Assembly: GCF_000002075.1 (NCBI RefSeq)
Contig: NW_004797726.1
Span: 542,335-606,334, forward strand
Source: Aplysia californica
Taxonomy: Eukaryota
Direction of reading: 5' to 3'
Length of the DNA: 64,000 nucleotides
Positions 27,401 through 39,400 of this stretch are shown one piece after another. Under the pieces are notes generated by a model that was given only the letters and a program-made list of their open reading frames with translations, ran no database searches and was not told the DNA's origin. Position 1 is the first letter of the stretch. Every line of letters starts with the position of its first letter. The position numbers were made by a program, and so were the translations under genes.

Positions 27401-27615
27401 TTTATAAAGATGTTGTCGTGACGGTTTACAGAGATATTGTCGTGAATGATTGCATCGACTTTCGCTTTATGATATTTATGTGTATGAGTTGGACTAGGAG
27501 AAGACAGGCCTACAGTCTGTCGTGGTTTGATTGGGTGAATTCGTTTTGAATGGTGTCCATATTTTGGAAGCAAATCTTTTGGATTTGTGTGAATGTGTGT
27601 GTGTGCGTGTGTGCA

Positions 27616-27647
<32 letters not shown>

Positions 27648-30600
27648 CGACAGACAGAGACAGACAGAGATCGACTTGAAAGTAAAAGTGAAATCTTGTA
27701 ACTAACTTCTGTGTCTTGTAAGCAAGTAGATCTGAACAAGTCAGATGCAAAGAGAGAGGAGGTGAGGGGGGAAAAAGAATCTTGACATAGAATAAAGCTG
27801 TTTGAGAGACCCATGGTACCTCTCGTAATGTGGGGCGCACAGCTGAGGTCTTCAATATCATAATTACTATAAAGTCTATTACTATATCCCCTGTTCCTTT
27901 GCCACTCTTAAAACTTTTCTCTTTCTGACACTATTTTCCATTTCTTTTTNNNNNNNNNNNNNNNNNNNNNNNNNNNNNNNNNNNNNNNNNNNNNNNNNNN
28001 NNNNNNNNNNNNNNNNNNNNNNNNNNNNNNNNNNNNNNNNNNNNNNNNNNNNNNNNNNNNNNNNNNNNNNNNNNNNNNNNNNNNNNNNNNCCCCTCCTTC
28101 TCTCTCTCAGCCTGTGTCTGTCTCTGCGTTGTATGTTGTCCAACTGACGTTGATTTGAATTACAATGCATTATCGTGATTTGGACTTGAGTGCACAAGTC
28201 CATGTACTAATTCAAGCTGTGCTTCAGCGCTTTGTTACATCAAACTATAGTTATGTTGTTTTTCTAGTTTCAACAATTACTTGTTTCTCCTGTATGAACT
28301 GATCTTGTAAACATATTTTGTTAAATCTTGGTTGTTCTGTTTTGTTTTTTCAGTTGTCTGAAATAATCTTTGTGTAAGTGTACAGAAAGAAAATCTCCTC
28401 CCTTTATGAATTCTACCTAATCATGTACTGTCGTGTACATATTTATACTCTTTCCTGTTGTTTTTGAAGGAGATGCATGGGAAATGCGAAGAACAAAGAT
28501 TTTTTTTTTTTAGTGAGGAGAATGTAGCAAATTGAGCATTTGTACAGAAGGAGAAACAATGGCTGGCTTTTTGTTCCATATTGTTTCTTCAGTGTCTGAA
28601 AGTGAGCTTTGAACCTGTTTTTGTCATATTTATTCTTTGACGGGACTATTCAGTTGTTTGTTTTGTTGGGAATTTTGTTTTTGTTTTTCCACTTGTTTCT
28701 CCAATTCAAATGTGCTAATGTTCTATCTCAAATCTGAATAAAGTCTGTCTGATACTTTGAAATCTAATAATTTCTCCTTTGTTACTTTATCATATCTTAT
28801 GTTGTGCAGTGCCATACCTAAGTTATATACAAAGATCCCGGTTGCTATGGAATTTTGTTCTTTTATTTTGTTCTAAATTTTTCAGCTTTAATTTGTCTTA
28901 AAGTCTTACTGTTTTTGTTTAGTTGTGTCTAGGTTTGGTTAAGTTCTTCTGGGCTGGTAGGGAACTGTGTGATATCGCTTTAAAAATTTATTTTTGAGAA
29001 ACATTTACCAGACAGGTGCTCATTGTCCACAATAGTTTCCTCTTGGATTCCTGGAAACAATTTCAAGCCACAGACTATAGAAAAAAATATTTTCACCTGT
29101 TTCAAGGATTTAGGTCTATGCCCTAAATAATGTATGAATCAGGTTTTTCAGCTGGAAGAGCTTAGACGTTCTCATATTTTAGGACCGTTAGTTTGATTCC
29201 CAACTGAAAGTAAAGTTCAGACACTCAAGTGGTTGATTGTGTAAGTGGATTAATTTGTTGCTTGCACAGTTTCTAGATGTATCAGTCGTTTGGAGTGAAT
29301 TTTCTCTGGAAAATAGTCGAATTTCAAAATTCTACAATTAGGAATGATTTCTAGCCATAATATGCCTGTTTAGGCAAAGGAGTTAAATTGACTACTAGGG
29401 CATCTTGTGGATATGGCTTGTCTTTTACGACAAGGTGGCTGGACAATAGGAAAACCTCAAGGAAATTTCAACAAAAATGTCTGACAACATGACACCTACA
29501 CGGACGCCAAGTTGTTGTATGTAAACTTGTGCATTTTTTTTTTTCAAAGAAAGATATGTTTTTCAAGAATTGGGAAATGAAAGAATGTTTTTTTGTCAAC
29601 GTTTGTGTTGATGTAGACTACCAGCTCTTTTGTTAGGCTTAGCTGGGACTGATGGGGTGGTCCTTAGACCTCAACTGCTACAGACTACAGCCAATACTTT
29701 GATGTACCGGAATGCTATGGAAGAGATTTGTTTTGATCTACCACAAGTGGCAATATGAACAGGTGCACTGTTTTCATATGGTTTTTGTATGTGACCAATT
29801 TGGAAGTGTGCTGTAAATAATATTGGACTGCCCAAGTTACTAAATAGTCCTGTCATAACTGAAGTGTTTCAAATACTTTGAATCCTTAAAGTGAGGTTAA
29901 ATTGTGCACCTAAATGAAATACACAGGATCACATTATTTAGTTCTTAAAATCAAGTCAGACAGAAGGATGAAAATGAAAATATTAATGCCTCTTTCAACA
30001 CATTTTACTTTACACCGAGGAGCTGAGATGGGTAGATTGGAACAGGTCCGAAGTAAACGAATTTCTAATTAATAAATAGCTGTTCTCTATGACTAGTTTG
30101 GACTGGACTAATGAAGAGCTGTGTTCCAGAGCCAGAATGCTGGATGCTGCTACATTTTCTAAGGAGCAACGAGCGGTACAGCGATGTCCAGTATCACTGA
30201 TGAAGGAGACAAGTCGTGTTGCCATGCTCTCTGAGACATGGATCAAGAAAGCATCCAAAAGTTTCCATATTTCGGGGGAGGTAGACATGTTTTGGAGAAA
30301 ATAGTTTCCATACCTTCATCTAAATCAAGAGTTTCGAGGGGATTGTTGTTGATGTACATTTTGATCTCTTGCGTGAGACTTGACTGGCCTACTCTTACAA
30401 AACTGGTGGAGTAAGATATGTATGAATACATCTTTCAGGCATGTTCTTGTGTTTATCTCCCCTACTTTGGAAACTTTTGGTGCGTCCTCTAGCACTGTTT
30501 GAACTGCAAGCCTCTACACACGAGCAAGCATATGTGCGCATTCTCGCACATACATACATGCACAGAATACGACATGCATATTATATATATACAGGGTCAC

Positions 30601-33039
30601 AAAGATAGTGTCATCTGCAAGACACCATACTTAACTTTGTCTGTTTTATTAATTGCAATCATTGAATATGTACTATTTCATGATTTTAGCCAAATGGAGT
30701 GATAGAGTAGTTGTTCGCGTTGATGATTGTACTTTGAACTACTTTTGAGCTGACAGGAAAACGAAGAGGTCCACCAAACAGTCACGCCCTGTTCTCCGGG
30801 CTCGTGTCATTTTGGCCACATGCATGCTGCTCTAGCTGTGTTTGCTGTGAACCCATTACTAACAACCATGCATCTTGAGTTCAGTGTCTTCATTCATTTC
30901 ATCTTTTACAATTCAATAAATATCTTTGCTTTGCATTTGTGGCTAACCCTTTACTGCTCTTATTTTTCAATTTGCTTCTAGAAGTATGCCTTGCAGATGC
31001 AGATTCAGACTAGAGACTAGAGATTTTAGCTTTAATTAAGTACCACCGAAAACACAAATGATTGGGCTAAGATGATGATAGCAGTGAATATGTACAGTCT
31101 ACAGGCACTACTAGTTTGATGAACTATCCCTTCTCTGGAATGTCATTGTCTTCCTTCCATCCCAGTATCCTCTACTATCAAACGCCAAGATTCTATCTTT
31201 CACTCATGAAGTGTTTCTGATGCTTTTTTAAAGGGGGTCAGACAATTAATTGCTTTGTACTCTTACCGCTATGTCCTCTGATCTTCTGCATTCCAAGCTC
31301 TTTCATATCTATCAATCCACCTGTACCCCTTTTCAAAAGTTCCGGATATTAAATTATTAAAATAGTTGTGATACAAATGGTCCTTAAACCATATGGTCCG
31401 TAAATTTAGAGTCTGCTAACACATTTTCATGGGGTCTAAAAAGCTCAAGATTGTTTTTTTTTTAGCCAATTGGCTTCTCAATTGTTAGAAGTAGTATTCA
31501 GGAATGAGGTGGGAAGAGTCCCCTTGTTTTTATGTTAAATATACATATTATGCCTCTATTTTTTTGTGGTGCAAACACTTGGTGGTGTCTTTGTTTTGGT
31601 AATCCGATGGTTCAATTCTAAGTTTAATTAATGACCCCTTTAAGAGGCAGATATCCAGTCACTGTTCTTGATATCCAGAAAAAGTGCAAGGTATAATTTA
31701 TTCTTTTTTTTTTTTTGCTTTGATTTGTAGACATATTATAATGATCAACTGAGGGGCCTACGTTCTGGTCAGTGACCCCTAGCTTCAGCTAAATTACTAA
31801 AAATGCATTATTTAATTGTGAACTCTGGATTAATCTAAAGATATAGAGTTATAGTAATACAAGTTTTGAGGCATAACGCTGTGCCTAGTAGCTCCGCCAT
31901 AGACATGAAGGTTGATGGAAATAGTCCATAACATGTATAAATTTAGTCCTAAAAAAAGGTTTGTGGCATAAATTTTCAATGGAACAATTGTACTTAACTT
32001 GAACTCGTGCTTACCCATACCAGGCACCACTCCACAAATTTTTATTTATGGCTACCTCCGCTTACATATTATATTTCATTTGCAGTTCCTTTGTGGCTCG
32101 CCAGTACTTGTGTAGATTTGCTTTTGCTGCCTTCCAACTATTCCAAGCTTAATGTCCTCATTTCAACCTTTTCCAAACGTGCAATGCATTGCTTTATTCA
32201 TGCACACAGTATGACTTCATTATGACGAGACAATCCAGAAGGTAGTGTATTGGACTTCTGTGTGGCAGTCCTCATTCAAATCCACATCGGACTGATTTTG
32301 AAATTAGGTGATTTGAGATTTCTTTTTTCTCTCCAGAGCGCTCTAAAAATGTAATCTATCATTATTGTCTATTTGGTCCTAATTGAAATGGAAGTTACAG
32401 CAGAGGTCCTGTCTTTAGAATAACACTGAAGATGAAGGGGGTTGTCAAACCCATATCTATCATGACTAAGTAGAATTTGCTGACCATATCAATGCAGAAA
32501 AGGTTTCCTAAGTAGTCACTATCCCTAACTTTGACCGTTTCGAAAAAGGCTGTAGACTGTCAGGTCATACTTTGGGGTACTGAGCTGATGAAGTGGAATG
32601 AACTGCCCCTTTGAGTGACTTTTCTAAATGGAGCATTCATCAAAATAGGATATTCAAGAGGAACTTTCATTTATTTTTTTTAAATCACCTCAAATTACTG
32701 TGATGGAGTGGATGTGTCAAAGAGAACAAGGTTCACTTAATATTATAATATAATTAGTAGACTTCGGTCACAGATTTCAAAATGTTAACACTGTGTTGAC
32801 TTTTTTGACAATTAAAGGTCAAATGTGATGAAATAGACCTCATATTATTATGTAGACTTTATAGACTTCGCAATGGTGGGAAGAACTTACAGAAATGATG
32901 TCATAGTACAGCGTATCACTAAAGACGAGGCAGAGTCAATGTAGGGATGAGGTAATAATGGTAGCCACATTATGAGGTCCTTGTGCTATGTGTTAATCTC
33001 TCTGCCCTCTATTGTGTGATGTTGATGTCGATTGTGTGA

Positions 33040-33072
<33 letters not shown>

Positions 33073-36000
33073 TAAATCTTAGAGTGAAAGCGATTGAGAG
33101 TGAGAAAGAGAAAGAATAAGAAAGAGAGAGAGATTTATCACGGTTGATTTGACATAATGTATGCTTGCTGTTCGTCTTGCTGCCATTAACTTTTGGCATT
33201 TGCTTGCTTTCCATCCATTTCCAAAAACAAAGTTTTAACAACTTGCTTTAAGTAACAAGATGAAAAAAGATAGCGTCCAGTTCTGGGAAAATTGTCTAGA
33301 CCTATAATAGAATACCGCTCCGACGAGTCGCTTGCAGAGCTTTGTCATCCTGCTGATAATCTCAGTTGTCACCACCCATCTAAACCTCCACCCATCTGTA
33401 GTGTGGTAAAAAATTCGTGGTGCCACTTATCCTTAAATATCTTTGTAATGGTTTAGTCATTGTCACCCATACTTTGCACAGCAGTTTCAGACAATTTGTC
33501 TTAACTTAATCATATTTCTCCACAACAATTGAGGCTAAATTTTAAAATCACAAAACTTGTTATAAGAAATTAACTTTATAGCGAACACTTTTTTGCTCAA
33601 AAAGTTCACAAAACATACATTCAATAAAGATAATCTCGCGATTAGAAAAAAATGACAGACTTGCTTTTAAAAGCAATATTGTCCCAGCTGTTCCTTTTAA
33701 ACTCAGTATAAACCAACCACTGGGATATCTTGGCAGTAGGCCTATCTATTAAGTAATTTTCTAGAATAGAGCTTGCAGGTGTTTACAAAAATATTGATCT
33801 GAAAAGACAAATTGATACAAGTCACTGTGCAAAAGCTGAAGAGTTATTATTTTATAGTGTAGGAGATATTTGACAATAAGTTGTGCCACGAATTTTTGAC
33901 TGCACAATAAGTAACTTCAGCCAACTTCACACGTGCTCACGTCCATACTACTACTACTCACACTTAGTAACACCCTGATGCATGCTCACTCAGTCATACA
34001 AAAAATTCTGTCGGTGCAAGCATGCATGCACTGGTCCTGGTACACACGTTCTCATTCTGCAGCCTAACATTCAAGATACATAGTGTGATGATACCGAGCA
34101 TAAATGTTTATGAAAATGTAGTTTTGATAATTATACTAAGGTTGGGGATGCTTTGATGATGATGATGATAATGATGATGATGAGGGTGATGAGGATGACA
34201 ATGATGATGAAGGTCCTGTTGGTGTTGTTAGGGTGATGGAGTTAAAGAAAAAGAAAGGAGACCTTTGGTGGTCTTCGGTCTGACTCTTGGAAGTAATAGA
34301 AATGACTGGGCAAACATAACCATGCAGCGATAGCATATAGCATGTCCTGTGATGCTGACATCATGTGACCAATTGTTTTGGATGCTGATGGAACTTTGAA
34401 AGCTGAGGGGTTCTCCCGATGACTGCATGTACTACACATTGGAGGTTGACAGGGCATTAAGCAAGCCAGGCGGTTTGTATTTGCAGTGTTGTCTTCTTCA
34501 GAGAACAAGGGACAAAGTATTTTTGGTAAGACTCAACGAGATCTATGTCTTCAATTTCATTGTTTGTAAGCTTTTGTCAGACAAAAGAACCATATACTGG
34601 CTTCTGTGGTTTAGTTGTTAGGCTGTTTGTGGTTGCGCAAAGAAGACTCAAGCCTGAAATAGCATGCCTCCCTAGTGATCTAAATTGTGTCTATGGAGGC
34701 GTAAAACACTTACAAATATTTACAATTACTAGAGAACAGTACTGTGCTCTTGGTGTTTATGGTGAGAAAGTCTGGATCCAATCAATGTCGTACAGAATTA
34801 TACCCTTTCCAGTTGTAAACAGCTGATGAACGAACATATTATGACCAATGTGACTGACTCAGCCTCAAAACCATTTCTAATCTGTATTGTTTTGCAACTT
34901 TCACTTTATTTGGACCCCACCAATAGTGGATAACATTTAAAGAAGCTTTCTCCTCTCTGAGTTATTGACAATCGTTTCACTGATTTTAAACACTAGCATC
35001 TGTGGTGTAGTGGTTGGGCTCTTTGCCATCACACACAGAAGATGTGAGTTCAGTTCCCAAGTGGGAAAGATTTTCATGGAGTACATTGGTCTGTCCTCTG
35101 GGATGTTGTGTCTCACTCAGGCCAGGTTGACCCTACTCAGAGTCAAAGACGGCCTCCTTATAATTGATCTAAATTTTGTGGATTGAAGTGTAAAACATTC
35201 ATAATTTTTAGAAAAGAGTTCTCTCTGCTGTCCTTATCTTCTGATTATCATTCATGTCATTTTCCCCCCACCCTGTCTCCCCCCTCCCCTCCGACGGGCA
35301 GCCGATAGTGGAGACCCCTCTGACAAGCGCCCGCATCCTGTTTGACTACCAAGCTATCAAGGAGGATGAGGTGACCGTCAACAAAGGGGAACTGGTGCAG
35401 ATCCTCAACATGAACCACCAGAACATGTACCTGGTCCACAGACCGGCCAATCACAACTCTCCCGCAGCCGAGGGATGGGTGCCCAGTCACATCATTGGAC
35501 CCAGAGATGGAGAGGGCAGTCTCAAGTATGTGCTCTTGATAAGTTTATTTTTTTTTACTTGTGGAAACCTGATTTTTAAAAAAATAATTTTTCTCGCTCC
35601 TCCTGTTGCTTCTGTCATCTGTTAGTCTTGCTTTGTGGTGTCGTTTGCTCCTTCCTTCCTATACACATCTTTTGTCCTTACGTCTCCTCCTTTTCTTTGT
35701 ATGTTACTCTCTATAGCAAGTGAAACATTTTTAGCACAACTTATCATTAAATATCTCTTTAACAGGTGAATCAATGTCGCCCATAATTTGCACCACAGTT
35801 TGTATCAATTTGTCTTAACTTAATCATATTTTTCCACAACAATTAAGAATAAGTTAAGAAACTTTTCTTCTTAAATTTAAAACAATGCTGCTAGACTGAT
35901 AACAAGATCTAAAAAACGAGACCATGTCACTCCATTATTAAAAGAACTGAATTGGCTCCCTGTAAAAGAAAGAATAATATTTAGAATCTGCGTCATGTGT

Positions 36001-36328
36001 TTCAAATGTGTAAATAAAACTGCTCCTTTTTATCTACAAGAACTTATTAGTATTTATAAGCCAGGGAGAAACCTAGGATCATCAAACGATAACACCCTAC
36101 TTGTGACACCTGTAAAATCATACAAATCATATGGAGAGAGATCTTTCTCATATCTTGGTCCATTTATGTGGAACAGATTACCCATGAAACTAAGACAAAT
36201 AAAAACACTTGATAGCTTCAAAAGACACCTTACACATTTTCTGTTCCTACAGGCCTATCATTCATAAGCTTTTAACATTATTTTTCATTATAGTTGTTCT
36301 GTTCCTATGTCTGGATGAAAATAGTCTG

Positions 36329-36403
<75 letters not shown>

Positions 36404-39400
36404 ATTAATGTCTATTGCATGAGAAGAAAGGAAGTAGTAAGAAAGGTTTTTGAAAAATGGGTATTCCAATGCGCACTGAGCTACTTTTTTGGAAATGCGC
36501 TCTATAAATGTTATATATTATTATTATTATTATTATTATTATTAAATTTATATAACATACTGTTAATCTCCGCCACAGGGAAAATGGAATTGTTCACAGC
36601 ACTTCCCACTCCTCACACACATTTTGCGTACACTTATGGCCTATGTCACAGCTCACCAATGACACTTTTTAGAGGCAGAACTTGTTACAAGAAATTTATT
36701 GTATTGTGAACTCACTTTTGCACTAAAGGTTCTCGAAACACGTTCAATAAAGATAGTGTCATGATTAGAGACAAATGGCAGACTTGCCCCTTCTGTAAAC
36801 CTTTTAAAATCTGTAGAAATCACCCACTTGGATATTTTATTAGTGATTATTGAGGAATTTTCTAGAATACAGCCAAAGGATGTTTACAAAAATCTTAATC
36901 TGTTATGACTAATTGATACAAATCATTATGCAAAAGCTGGAGAGTCTATATTTATCAGTTTAGGAGATATTTGACAATAAGTTGCGCCACGAATTTTTTA
37001 CCGTACTGTAATAACACCTATAATTTTCAGCACTTTTTTATCTATTTGTGTTGTGAGTGCTGTAAAACTAGTAGGCCTACTAAAACTGACTAAACTTGAA
37101 ATAATAGAGTACTTTTTATCTCTCCCCCAGTTGGTTCTGTCATCTCTTTCTTCCTTTTTCCTGGCACTGAATTACTTTTAAGGTGTCAATGTGTTTCTCT
37201 TTACTCAATGAATTACTTATTTGATTCCTCAATGTTGAAGCTTAATGTTCTTACTGACTTGAAATACGTCTTAATTCTTAATGAAGAAATAACATTTATT
37301 TCACTGGCAGGTGTTGAGACTGAGAAGACAGGTGTTTTATTTCCTTAACAGGAAGAGAAATGTTTGTATTTTTTTTGTTTTTCCTTCTTTCCTATCCAAC
37401 ATCTATCATCCTTATCTCTCTTTCTCATTTTCTTATTGTTACTCTCTAGTAAAACTTTTAATCATTGTTACTGATATGATCTAATTGTGCTGTATGTGCT
37501 GTAAAATGCGTACTATACTAAAAACATAAAAAAAACCAATCTTTTATCTCTGTGGCTCATGTGACTTCCTTCGTTCACCAAACAGCAGGAAATTCTCCAA
37601 GCAAATGTTCAAGATCAAGAAGCCCATGTTCCGCTCCCCTCAGCGCTACGACTCAGACTCACACGACCGACGAGACATGGATGGGATGACCAGCCTGGAG
37701 AGAAAGTCCAAATCATTGGGCCGGGACGGCAAGCCCAGGGTCAAGGTAAGTCTGGTTGCCCTTCATGACATTGTGTTTTTGAGGTTGGGACATCATGTGA
37801 CGCTATTTATGTGGCTTTTGTCCCTCAATGGAGGAAACTTGTCCCTCAAATGTTGCAAGTGGAAATTTGACAAAACTTGCTGCAACATGCATTGTGTATA
37901 GTATTAGAATGAAATGTGGTCTTCCCAATTTGAAGTATGTTTTTAACAAAAAGTCTCGAAAAGGTTATGGTTCCTATGGTTACCAAAGAGTCCTATCACA
38001 GTTTGAGGCGGTGTAAAAATTTTCTTTACCAACACCAAGCCCTGTTCCTAAATGCTGTACCCCAAGGTTTTTTTGTGTACTTTTTTTTTCGTTTTGCCTA
38101 TTTCATTTTTAAGGAATGGTTTGAATTGACAATCTGATTTGCTAAGATTCATGTTTTCCAATACAGAAGGGCCACGTTTAACATTTTGGGAATGACTTGA
38201 GTTCAGGAATTTCATTGAAGATTGTAAATTCAAGTTGTGCTCCTAAAATAAAACCCCTGGAATACAGTATGCCAACTAAAAACAAAACTAAAATGATCTC
38301 TTGGTGGTCCCTATAACCGTCTTTATCCTCAGCCTGCATACACAAGTCTTGAGAGCTGGTAATTAAAGTCAAGAAGGTTTCCACCAATCCCAATGTGTTC
38401 CTCCTATGTTTCTCAACAGCTACTCTCTCCTGACCTGGGCCTGGAGGTGCCTCCCATTGTCCAACAGCCACTGACCAGCCTGACCGTCCAGGCTGGAGAT
38501 ATCGCCACACTGACCTGTCGCTTGTGTGGCCGACCTCGACCTTTGGTCACCTGGCGCTACCAGGACTCACAGGTCATAGGTCACAGTTCACGGGTCATGA
38601 TGATGTATAATGAGGAAGGTCTGGCTACCCTACAGGTGAGTCATCTCGTGAGTGGGTGGTTGGTGGGTGCTCTGGTGTGGTTTGCTTTTTCTTTCCTATC
38701 AAACATCTATCGTTCATATCTATCCTTCCTTGTTATGCAGCTGCCTGAGGGGGCTCTCGTGGCCTAGAGGTTAAGGTGTTGGCCTCTCATTCAAAGGTCC
38801 CGGGTTCGATTCCGGGTAGCGACCAAAAAATTTTCTTCTCTAAAATTGTCTCCTTTCACATCCTTCCCTGCTCTCTAACAATGTTCTGTTGTCTGCTTTC
38901 CTTTCCACTTTCTGCCCCCACCCCCTCACCTCCTTTGCCCCCTCCTCTGGGCTCCTGACTCTCTCTGCAGCCTTTCTACTGCTACTCCTTGGCCCCTCCT
39001 TACTGCTGTCTTTCTGCCACACCCCTGATCTTCTGGTAGGAAAGATCTACACCTAGCCTTCTCGGACAAGGGCGAAAAATCTCGGAGGACCCGTGTGCAA
39101 ATTGCGCACGTTAAAGATCCCTTGGTGGTCTAAAATCGATAAGAGTAGGCTTCGGCCGCCACCCGGGCAAAATTCAAAATTTCCTACCAACTGAAAATAT
39201 TAGGTGTGTCCCGCGCGCTGATATGACCTATGCAGTTGCGAGCGCCGTAAAACACTTTACAAAAACAAAAAAAAACAGCTGCCTGACTTCCTGAGAGTAT
39301 GTCCAATCCATCGTCATCACTTTCTTCCTACCTCATCTCTGACTGGGATCTGTTTTGTTTTCCTTAACACTTCCTCGTTGGTGACTCTGTTCTCAGTAAC

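Noticed and set aside
30010-30304. Overlapping ORFs with a TNEEL motif (possible exon or LINE remnant)
   Set aside because: No fitting splice sites; similarity to LINE ORF2 is too weak to call.
38749-38822. tRNA gene
   Set aside because: The A/B boxes continue into a SINE body, tail and TSD, and a second copy exists at 58103-58595.
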